A DNA stretch of 64,000 bases, from NCBI GenBank assembly GCA_951406725.2, contig OX597819.1:35092001-35156000 (forward strand). Reading direction: 5' to 3'. Source of the DNA: Octopus vulgaris (Eukaryota). Position 1 is the stretch's first letter, and every line of letters begins with the position of its first letter. Below are positions 53,001 through 64,000 of this stretch, piece by piece. The notes under the pieces were generated by a model. It was not told where the DNA came from, searched no databases, and saw only the letters and a program-made list of their open reading frames with translations. A program made the translations under genes and the position numbers.

Positions 53001-56000
53001 ATTCTTCCTACTTAAATCTAATGCAGTAGATTATGCTAATTTTGCAATGTATTGTACACAGACAAGATGGAACACTGATTGGATGGCCTATTCTGTGAGC
53101 ATTTCCTGTATATCTATAACATCATCCAAGGATTCTTCAGATCTGTAGTCCATTACTTTATGTTGGTAAACCATTCCACTGACCACCTATCTGTCTGTGG
53201 TGGTCTCTAACAAAGTTCTCCTCTTCAGCCTTGGAACTTCTGTTCTACAAGGCATGAACTTACATCTCAATCTCCTATAATTTTTGCCTTCCAGCCCACT
53301 ATTTTTGTTATATTTACCTTCATTGTTTGTTTCCTTTTCCCCCCATTTAAGGATGTTCTAGATCTATACTTTATCAATTCTTTGGGTGTATGTACGTTTG
53401 AATGCCTATACTCATATGTACTTGTATTTGGATGTGTGTTTGCATAAATATTTGCGTGCATATGTCTATAAGGGCATTTATGAGTATGTTTACTGTTAAT
53501 TTGGCTTAACTAAATTTAGAATTTTCTTGGGCTCCCTTGTACCTACAGCTCTAGGGGAAGCCTTTACTATGCTTGACACTAGCGCTTTTAACCTTCTCAC
53601 TCCAATTCATAGCTTCTTCCTCTTCTTTTACACTACCTCTATCTGGCATTTCCCCCTTCCATGAGTGCCTTTTTCTAAAATATTTTTCAAATATCGTTGT
53701 GTATAGTGTTGCTCTGTCTCCCACTTCTTTCACCTACCACCCCCCCACTTTGCATTTGAACCCCACTCCTGCTTAGCTTGAAGCACTGGCTCTTTCTAAG
53801 TTTCCTTTCCAATTCTAGCTTTCTCTCACATTATTCACCTCACTCTCTCTTACCTATTCTCTTTTTCATTCTCTATCATCATTTCCTTGACTACCTCTAA
53901 AATAACATCACTACATTCTCTCTCTCTCTCTTTCTCTCTCATGATAAGGTTCCAAATCATTAGGTTCTTCATTCCTCATGGTAACTGAACTTACCAAACT
54001 CTCTTTCATTTTGACTAATTGTTACCAATACTGCAGACCATCAGTTTCTTCAGATTCAAGATTTTACCTCCTGGGCACTTTGATGTATATGACATGTCAG
54101 CTGATATAAACTAGAATCCTGTACAAATAGCTGAGATATGATCTAGAGGGTAGCAACTCAGATTACCTTAAAAAGAAACATGAAATAATAAACAAAAGTA
54201 GTGTTAGAAATATTGTTTTGAAAATGTCACCTACCTGGGACCAATGCTGTTTTAATTTCACTTTTTTGAGATTGAAAACAGTTCTCTTCCCTGTCAATTA
54301 CTGGATTTCTAATAACCATATTAACCTGGATAATTATTCTACTATTGCAATAATAATGACCTTAAACAAACAAAGTGCATTTATTTTGTAGTATAAATTA
54401 TTGCTGTTGTGATTGACTATTTGTACGTAATTCACCTTTTCCTTTTCTTGGAATCATACTGACTTGAAATGTTAATTGATTAAATTGTGTTAGTATAATT
54501 TTTCGACAAATTGAAGTCTGAATGAGTCAGTAGTCATGAAATACCTGGTGTGAGTTCACTTTAGGTATGTACTTCTAGAGAAGTTCAGTCAACAGGAGAG
54601 CCACTATGTAGTCTTGACCTGCTAGAAATAGCAGTCAAATTCCATCAACTTATATCCTGCCATCTTTAAAAAAAGAAAAACACATTGGCAAATATAGTCT
54701 GGAATATATAAAACAGTAGGGTGATCAGAGCCAAAATGCTTTTGGTTGTAGGTCTGCCTTACAAAAGTTGATCTGGAGTCAAAACAACACTACAGAGAAG
54801 TGCTCTAATTTTAAAAAAAAAAAAAGTATTTTGTAACTAAAAGTGAGAGTCACTAAATTACATGCATCAAAAGATTCAACTCTTTTGATACCAACCCCCT
54901 GGAGGCCAGCTCTGTTTTAAAATACAAAACTGCCCGTTTTGAAGTGCTTAAAATTAAAGTTAAAATTTCCCATAATTTTATGTAAAAAAAAGTCCTTTGA
55001 AGTTATGTTCCAGATATCAGATTAAAATGGAGTTATTTTACTAAATCCTGCCAAATTCTGTGTTATTTTGAAAATTAATTAAAGCATTACCTAAGAATAT
55101 ATAGTCACAGGAGGATTAAAATGATAGAATCATGCCATATTATTTTCTTGTAATGTCTTATTTCCAATACAGTTTATAAAAGGCTAAATTTTTTTCTCCG
55201 TCAAATTTACAATGTGATAGTCTCTGTTTGTCTACAATTTGTGAATGCTTACTACAGGTGAAAATGTTTTTTGTTCTTTGAAATAGAAGCAAATCATTAC
55301 AAATCACATATAATCAGTCTCTAATCAGGTTTTCAGTATATTCTCATTATTTACCCTTTTGGGTTTCATAAAAAGTCATTTTTGTTGAAAGTGAATATTT
55401 CTATAATTTATTTAGGAAAGACATCGAACAGCTAGGAAGCTGACTCATCAGTAACATTCTATTCTGTGTTTATAAACCATCCTTCTGTAGTTGAAAAGAT
55501 TGTTGTTTTAAAATGAAAAATCTGTGTTTGGCATATAGTATGTTAATATTTTTGTCATAAAAGTCAAACTTCAATTGGTCAGTTATATGTAAGGATGTCA
55601 TTAGATACATATTTCTGGTTTTACTTTTACCTTTAACTGAAGATTTGAAACTTAGGTTGTTCAATCTATTGAAGTTCTTTTCAGAAATATTTCAACTCAA
55701 CATTGGGATTATAATTTGTTAAGTAATTCTTGTAGTTGATCTGTTTGTTTTGTTTTTTTTTAATTAAAAAAAATTTTTTTTACCAATAATCCTAAGAGCA
55801 AACATTGCTGTATCCCTTTCTCTATGCACGACCAGGGAAGAATGTACCTTTGCTGCTTACAGTGGTGAATTGTACCTACTCATGCTACTTATTTAAAGAT
55901 TGAGTCAGTGTAGGAGTTTTTACAGAGACACTCAACCCAATAGAAAAAGCAGCTAAATCACTATCTACTGTCCTTAAAAATGTATATGTTGAATAATGTA

Positions 56001-57330
56001 GTCTCATGTCCACTGGAAACAAAAACAGACAAGGTCATGACTAGAATGACTTTGATCGTATGTCTGCTTGATAGAGATAATTTAAGGTTAAACAACTCAT
56101 TCTAGAAAGCAGCCATCAGCAAAGCTAAGACAGATAAAGCAAAAATAAGCCCATTCATAATAAACTATTTTCTCACTTCAACTCCACTCTCTGTCAGTTA
56201 TTACAGTGGTTTTTACAAGGAAACCACTACACAATCACTGTATCTAGTAGAAATAGTTCCTGAAGCTTCCACAAACCATTACCTACTAACGTACTCATAG
56301 ATCTCATTGCCTGAAGAAGAAGAAAAGATAGGATGGTCATGAGATGCCTTCGATCATAAATCTGCTTAATCATGATGGACTAAACAATAACTATTCATAA
56401 GTAGGGCAGAGTTCTATTGTTTGGGTCATGACAACATCATAAACACTTTCAGAATGCTAGTGGATAGTTTCAGAACCTGATTATTCAACCAACCATAACT
56501 TAACCATTCAACAATATTTCTACATTTGCATTAAGGTTAATTTATCACACAAAGAATTACCAAATGTTAATGATTATGATCTCAATCTGATTTGTCTTCA
56601 AGTAAAAGAATGAACGAAAATAACATACAATTAAAAACAACTTGGCTTAGCTGGTTTTTTTTTTTTTAGATGTCCAACTAATATAACTTCATTTTTTTTT
56701 GGCTGAATTAATCTGCAGGAAAAAGAAAGAATATCTCGTTTCTAAAATGAAATAGCTGAGAACTCAGTTGAATTAAAAGTTAAACAGTTATGTCTCTTGC
56801 TTAACTAATTTTAGTTGTTTTTATTTTTCCTTTATAACTTTTGAGTAGGCCAACTTTACTTAAAACATTAACATTTTGGGGAAATTCCTAGTAACAAAAA
56901 AATGTTTGGAAAACAAACGAACCTTTGAGCTTTCAATTACTAAAATGTTGATAGATTTATATCCATTCTTACAAAAATAATGAAAAAGAAAAAGAAACCT
57001 AGTCAAAATTTATTTTTCTGTCAAGAAATATTCTTATGTCTTTCAATGTTTGCCATAGTAATTATTATTTTTTTGCTCTATCCAGTAAGTAGAAACTGTA
57101 AGCAAAGAAAGAATTTGTGAAAAAAAAATCTACAAAAAAATACAGAATTTCTTAGAAATAAACTAATTTTCGAAACTGTCTTTATTTTATTTATTTATTT
57201 CATGAAATATTTTATTTTGAGGGTTACTGAAGAAAAGTTAAAATAGTGAACAAACCAAATTATGAATATAGTTTTGATTCTGGGTTGATTTTTTTTTTAC
57301 ATAAGTAATCATGAGAAAGACATGACAGAT

Positions 57331-57703
57331 AGGCACAGGAGTGGCTGTGTGGTAAGTAGTTTGTTTACCAACCACATGGTTCCAGGTTCAGTCCCACTGC
57401 GTGGCACCTTCGGCAAGTGTCTTCTACTATAACCTCGGGCCGACCAAAGCCTTGTGAGTGGATTTGGTAGACAGAAACTGAAAGAAGTCCGTCATATATA
57501 TATGCGTGTGTGTGTTTGTCCCCCTAGCATTGCTTGACAACCGATGCTGGTGTGTTTATGTCCCCATTACTTAGCGGTTCGGCAAAAGAGACCGATAGAA
57601 TAAGTACTGGGATTACAAAAGAATAAGTCCCGGGGTCAAGTTGCTCGATTAAAGGCGGTGCTCCAGCATGGCCGCAGTCAAATGACTGAAACAAGTAAAA
57701 GAG
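57331..57703 (+). mobile_element. tRNA-derived SINE family A, full length (copies ~525-946 +, 22315-22626 -, 27885-28296 -, 45395-45775 -, plus fragments)
   Basis: A-box TGGCTGTGTGG and B-box GGTTCAGTCCC head, internal (TA)/(TG) microsatellite, GAAACAAGTAAAAGAG tail. Confidence 0.85.
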
Positions 57704-58059
57704 ATACTATTTGCAAAGTATTCTTTCTCTGAAATCCAAACAGCTAAGTACTCATTGACATATTTGAATACCAAATGACAAATGTTTGACAGTCACATTT
57801 ATGGGTGAAGGGGTGCATCTGCACATATATGCAGACCTGGGCAAGATTATTTGAGGTACGCTAGCAGCCAGCAATTGCTCATGCATGCAAGTCTCCCTCC
57901 ATCTCACTGATGTTTATCTGAAGAAAGACTGCTAACTTAGGAAGCAGAAACCTGCATTGGATGCTAGAATTGCAGGTGGTGGTACAATAATGCACCAGCC
58001 CCAGCATTTGATCCTCAGAAGAGGAGAGGTTAGTAAAAATGCCAAACTCACTGTCTTCA

Positions 58060-58340
58060 GTTTCCATGTCTATGTTCAATTGCAGTCATGAATGCTGGGT
58101 TATGACCAAAAGAGTACAATCATGAATACAGGCAGCCAAAATGAGGTTCCTCCAAAGAATCGCTGCATTAAAAATATGTGAAAGTGTGCATAGCTTGGAG
58201 ATTAGGGAGTCTCGCCCAATCAAGCCATTATTTCATAGTGAGGTCACAGTTTCACTACTCTGGAATGATGCTTGAAAGAATCAAAAGACAAATTCTTCTA
58301 GCTGAGCCACCCTAGGGGTAGACCAAGAATGAAATGCTTA
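58060..58340 (+). mobile_element. Old RTE fragment of a second subfamily
   Basis: Reads HECWVMTKRVQS*IQAAKMRFLQRIA and later GRPR.KW-like remnants. Confidence 0.6.
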
Positions 58341-59141
58341 AATATCTATAGTCATCATCATCGTCATTTAACGTCCGTTTTCCATGGGTTGGACGGTTCG
58401 ACCGGGGTCTGGTAAGCCATGGAGGCTGCACCAGGCTCCAGTCTGATTTGGCAGTGTTTCTACAGCTGGATGCCCTTCCTAACGCAAACCACTCTGTGAG
58501 TGTAGTGGGTGTTTTTTACGTGCCACCGGCACAGGGGCCAGAGCAAGCTGGCAAACGGCCACGATCGGTTGGTGCTTTTACGTGTCATCGACACCGACGC
58601 CAGTCAGACGACGCTAGTAACTGCCACGCTCGAACGGTGCTTTCACTTACTTAGAAATCCAGTTATAACTACTCTATCAACTTTTTACTTTCAATCAGTT
58701 TTGAACCAGTAGCACATGACGGCTTGTTTATTTAATTTCCATTGCATTGAATAATCTCCCAGTTACATCAACTTTTTTGTAGCATAAAGAGCTAAACCTC
58801 TTTCTTAAGTGAAAAAAAACAATTGCTCTTCACAGGACAGATGAGAAAAGGCAAAGAAGAGACGAATGATCATATATTACAGTTAAGATTGGACATAGTA
58901 TAAAGATGTGCTGATCACTTAAGGTGGGGGAAAGTTGTGGAATGGGGAGACCCAAGAAAACATGGGATGAAGAATTGCAGGCCCTATCTGAAAATGCTGA
59001 ATCTTACAAAGGAGATGACAGAGGATGGAGATATGTGGCACATTGTTGTACTCTAGAAGACCCATCCACCACAACAATTGAGATCCCAAAACCAAGGTGC
59101 TATGTAAAAAGCATTGGTGCTGATGCCACATAAAAAGCACC

Positions 59142-59539
59142 GGATCTTTTTGGTTTGAACGGCAGTTTTTTAAAATAATTTCCACATAACATTTTTAAAC
59201 TTCGTATACTGGTAGAATGTGTTTATAAAACATCTTTTTCTCTCGGCTTTATTGAGAAAATTCTATAGTTTGGAAGATATTCGTTGTTTTTTTCTTCAAT
59301 TTCAACCAATCAATGACGTCTATTGAGGTGAAAACATTCTCTGCCGTATAAAAATGTCCCTTGTTTAAGAAACGGATTGGGTTTATTTACATTTCTGAAA
59401 AAAAATAAATATACCCTTCCCCCCACCCCTAACCCTAAAACAGATTGAAATGCAATAGATCGATACTAGGGTCATAATTATGGGTGACAATTTCATATGA
59501 CACCGCTAGAAAAAACTGCCGTTCAAACCGAAAAGATCC
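59142..59539 (-). mobile_element. Merlin-like MITE, complete copy inserted in an RTE 3' UTR
   Basis: Same TIRs; 8-bp TSD AAAGCACC (59134-59141, 59540-59547). Confidence 0.85.
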
Positions 59540-61898
59540 AAAGCACCTACTATACTGGAGTGGTTGGCTTTAAGAAGGGCATCTGGCCATAGAAGCCAAG
59601 TCAAAACAGATTATGGGACCTCATACAGCCCCTGGCCTTACCAGTTCAAGTCAAGCCATTCAATCCATGCCATCATGGAAAACAGGTGTTCAACATTGAT
59701 GATGATGATGATGATACAGGAGCTTCGTGGAAACCATTTCTTTGGACATGAAAAGGTTACCAGTTGCAGTGGTGGGTGTTAAAAATAGATTAGCAAATTT
59801 AAGTAACAGACAGAACCACTTCATTAAAAGTGAGTGTCTTGCAGTAGTCAGTGCAATATTAAAAGACTAATGCATTTGAAACAGTTTTAACCTTTTGAAA
59901 GATAAACCCTTTCAAAACTGTTCAGAGTTAATAGAAATTTTACTCCATGTAAGTCTTGCTGAAATTACCAATATTTCAATATTGACATTCTCAGAATGTT
60001 GGGCCTTACAGAGATGACAATAGATTGATATGTTTAATAATATGAAGTTCTTGAGAAAACCCGCCCACCTCAACGAAATAGTTCTGGAAGCACTCTGTGT
60101 TCCACCCACATGTAACAATAAATCTTTTACACACCTGACCCCAATAAACCAAACTACATCTTCCCTTCTCTTTTTCTGCAGATTTCCTCTTTTTCATGCA
60201 TTCTCCTTCCCTGCTCCTGTCCTCAATGTGCTGCCCACTGTATCATTGCTATCCTGTTTCCCCCCTATATATACCCAGGTTTCACCTGTCACTGTACTCT
60301 CCCCGCCACTTAGCATTCACAGGAACTCCCTGCTCATGCACTCAGCCAACAAACAACCTATTGACAGTGAAAATGATATCAATATCATTGCTCCTGGCTA
60401 AGCAATTATCATAGTGCTAACACACACAATGGGCTTTTTCCAATTTCCATCTCCTAAATCCACTCACAGGGATTTGGTTGGCCCAAGATGTTGTAGAGTG
60501 GAACTGAACTCAAAACCATGTTCTTGGAATGAACTTCCTTGATCATACAACCAGCCAATAGTTTCTAATATAGGCACTAGGCCTTAAATTTGTGGGAGTA
60601 GTTAGTCAAATCAATCTCAATACTTGACTGGAACTTTGTTTTATTGACTCTAGAAGAGAAAAGGTAATCTTGGTGGGATCTGAACTGAGAAAAGAATTAT
60701 GAAGCAGTTTATGTCATTCTAACCACAATGGTAAAAAGGGAAAGAAATATAAAGACAAGCAAGAAATTATAATAATTAACAGTTTTATTTCTGATGATAG
60801 ATGAGTCAGTTAATAAAATAATAAAGAAAAATAATACAATATCAAAAAAGAATGAAATGTTATCAATGATGTGCAGAATCCTTTTTGCCACATGTTGGAT
60901 GGAAAGAGTGAAAGCAGTTTTAGTTATAACAACCATTATGATTGTAGAACTGTACATCAAAGGCAATTAATTTGCCTCTTGAAAGAAGTCACTGCACAAA
61001 TCATTTCTAGAATATTTGAAACATGCTTAAAATTCTGAATTTGATTTTATCATGGTAATATTATATAGAGGAAAATTCTGATGAAACAAGGGGGAAAATG
61101 ATTAAAAAAAAGAAAACTTTTCTACCATGGTTATAAATTTCTATAGTATAATTAATTTTTGGAAGGAATTTGGAACCTGCTATAGAAAATAAATCATCCA
61201 AAGATATACTATAGTTTAAAATTCCACAAACCATTGGTCTAACTCCAGAACAGCTTTGTATATATATATTTAATTGTTGACTGAAAAATCATTAGAAGAC
61301 AAGAAACATCATGTCACTGTCTACCAAAGTAATTTGCATCTCTTAATGTAAAATTAAAAGTAACTTAGCCTTAAGTTATCTAACTCAATCATTGTTTAAA
61401 AATAAACTTACAAAATGTGTAAAAGGATTTAAGAAATGGATAAAAGAATGAAGTATTTTAAAACTATATGAAACCTAACTTCAAAATAAATTAAGTAAAA
61501 AGACTGTAGTTTTTGACATATAAAGACAAGGAAAAGATCAGTAAATAAAGACTTGTTTTGTAGGTTCTTGAAATGAAGCTAGATAGGATCTGGAGCTTTA
61601 ATGACAAATCTCACACCATAATACCTATTAACAATAGAATCCAACTGGAGTGGACAGATGATCTGTGTTAAAATGTATAATACTGATCTTCATACTGATA
61701 AATTCCAATGAAATATTGATATATATCAACAATAAAGCTAACTGGAGTGATCTGTGCAAAGTGTATGGCGATTATCTTCACACTGAGAGATTCCAAACCA
61801 GATCTAATAAATACAATATTGTCACTAGTTACATAAGAAGCTGTTAGAAAAGCATGTATGTACTCTGAAAAACTGAATATCTGATAACTTTACTTTTG

Positions 61899-61946
61899 AA
61901 AAAAAAAAAAAAATATTGGTCACATACTAACAGCAACTGTTTTATT
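61899..61946 (-). terminator. Probable PRPF19 polyadenylation signal
   Basis: AATAAA on - at 61946-61941, about 165 nt after the stop, followed by a U-tract at 61913-61899 (typical downstream element). Confidence 0.55.
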
Positions 61947-62108
61947 AAAATCCATGTTGTTTGTCAAATTTAGAATATTGATGAAATGGACATTAGCAAG
62001 ATGTCTTTAAAAGTTTGCTTTTCCACAACTGACATTACTTGCAGCACATTACAAACGAAGACTCACACATATATGCTCACATACACACATTCACATAAAG
62101 TAATGGTC

Positions 62109-62253
62109 TTAATTCATTCCAAAGAATTTAACTGAACGATCCATACTAGCTGAAGCCACAAATGTAGCATTGTGACCAAATCGCACACCAGTAGCTGATG
62201 CTGTGTGGTCATTAAAAACTGCCAAGTCTTGCCACTGCTTGCAGAGGTAAACC
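62109..62253 (-). CDS. PRPF19: Pre-mRNA processing factor 19 (Prp19), last coding exon (final WD40 blade)
   Basis: Minus strand ttttctattttag|g then VYLCKQWQDLAVFNDHTASATGVRFGHNATFVASASMDRSVKFFGMN*. Matches the recalled Prp19 C-terminus (IYICKQW...H....[24 protein letters not shown]). Confidence 0.93.
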
Positions 62254-64000
62254 CTAAAATAGAAAATAAAAAAAGTTACTCAGTGATGTGTAAAAAAGAA
62301 ATTTATGTAAACAAGTAAAACAAAGGAATTTGTCACTTTTCCTACATGACAGATATATTCTGCCTTATAAAAGCAAACTGTCAAAAGGAAAATTTAATTT
62401 GGAAATAAAAAATTTGAGGAAATACTCATATTTGTACTACAATTCGAGATATCAAAATCATCCTTAATGTTTCCAATATTAAACTCTCAGAATCATCAGA
62501 GGATTGAAAAAAATATCTAGTGCTATTTGTTCTGAGTTCTGAGTTCAAATCTTGAGACCAACTTTACTTTTCAACTCTCTGGAGGTGAAAAATATCAAGT
62601 ACCAGTGAAGCATTGGGGGCTGAAGTAACTAACACCCTCCCCTCAAAACTGATAGCACGGGCATTATACTTAAGCTAGAAACAATTCTCTCTAAAAGTGT
62701 GGAGGTAACTGACCCCCAAAAGAATTCTCAGGAGTCTTGCTGAAATTACCAATATTTCAATATTGACATTCTCAGAATGTTGGGCCTTACAGAGATGACA
62801 ATAGATTGATATGTTTAATAATATGAAGTTCTTGAGAAAACCCACCCACCTCAACGAAATAGTTCTGGAAGCACTCTGTGTTCCACCCACATGTAACAAT
62901 AAATCTTTTACACACCTGACCCCAATAAACCAAACTACATCTTCCCTTCTCTTTTTCTGCAGATTTCCTCTTTTTCATGCATTCTCCTTCCCTGCTCCTG
63001 TCCTCAATGTGCTGCCCACTGTATCATTGCTATCCTGTTTCCCCCCTATATATACCCAGGTTTCACCTGTCACTGTACTCTCCCCGCCACTTAGCATTCA
63101 CAGGAACTCCCTGCTCATGCACCCCTGGCAATGCTCTGCCATTCCATTCATATTCTCATCCCTGTACCTTAAGAGTTTCCCCTAACACAACCATGCATCT
63201 CCTCTACAGCAAAACATGTTTCTGTACCTCTGTCATACTCAAACTTCTCATCACCTGGCACAAAGCCACCTCCTCTCAAAAGATCTTTGTCTTACAAGCT
63301 ACTTGGAGACCTCATTGATATTGGTGCCACGTATAAAGTATCCAGTCCACACAGTAAAGTGACTGACGTTTGGAAGGGTATCCAGCTGTAAAAACCATGC
63401 TAATGCAGTCCTTGCTAGTGTTGGTGTCATAGAAAAAGCACCCAGTCCACTCTGTTAAGTGGTTGGCATTAGGAAGGACATGAAGCTGTAAAAACCATGC
63501 CAAAACAGACCTTGCTGGTGCTGGTGCTATGTGAAAATCACCCAGTCCACTTTGTAAAGTAGTTGGTGTTAGGAAGGACATCCAGCTCTAAAAACCATGC
63601 ATAACAGACTTCACTGGTGTTGGTGCTGTGTAAAAAGCACCCAGTCCACTCTATAAAGTGATTGGTGTTAGGAAGGGTATCCAACAGTAAAAACTATGCC
63701 AGAACACACAGTGAAGCTTGATGCAGTCCTCTGACTTGCCGGCTCCTGTCAAACTGTTCACCCAATGCCAGTAGGGAAGATGGACATTAAATAATAATGA
63801 CAACGATGATGAATGATACACTGTAAAATTTTATCAGTCAGAAAGACTAATTATGAAGTTTTAACAATTTAGTTTTGTCATATTAAACTGCTAATATCAA
63901 AATAATTTACTCCAGACTAATTTTCCTGGCAGTTTGCTTCAGAAATCTTCATGTATTTAGATTAGCTTAGCACAATTAGTAATGTTGGGACACATCATTC

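Larger units (their letters stand above)
59952..63122 (+). repeat. 390-bp direct repeat pair (59952-60341 and 62733-63122)
   Basis: Constant offset of 2781 nt; one substitution seen (CCGCCC vs CCACCC). Confidence 0.95.

Noticed and set aside
60030-60401. 123/124-aa ORFs duplicated at 60030 and 62811
   Set aside because: Lie in the 390-bp duplication, diverge at its edge, and show no domain or splice support
61676-61900. Stop-free minus-strand frame of ~70 codons past the PRPF19 poly(A) signal
   Set aside because: No ATG, no recognisable protein, positioned in 3' flank

Overview
AT-rich, repeat-dense animal genomic DNA, most likely an octopus (inferred from the SINE/RTE repeat content, not proven). 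Three spliced housekeeping genes can be read from the sequence. (1) A complete 10-exon GDPD1/GDPD3-type lysophospholipase D gene on + (17046-50075; 945-nt CDS, 314 aa, all introns GT-AG with consistent phases). (2) The first coding exon of TMX2 on - (4936-5076), divergent from GDPD1. (3) The last coding exon of PRPF19 on - (62109-62253), convergent with GDPD1. The TMX2 and PRPF19 exons are not in the ORF track. The rest is mobile DNA: RTE LINEs (with a PHD-like finger inside the RT), a CR1 3' end, three tRNA-derived SINE families, Helitrons, a DD37D mariner relic, piggyBac- and hAT-type MITEs, a Merlin-like MITE carrying TTAGGG repeats, and Penelope-like elements. The most interesting non-genic signals are: two hammerhead ribozymes with complete catalytic cores, one in a terminally redundant retrozyme-like unit; a 145-bp near-perfect palindrome in GDPD1 intron 7; a 5'-inverted RTE insertion with a 13-bp TSD; and a near-identical 390-bp direct repeat bracketing the PRPF19 last exon. 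No CRISPR, rRNA or true tRNA was found. Family assignments rest on recalled motifs, not database searches.
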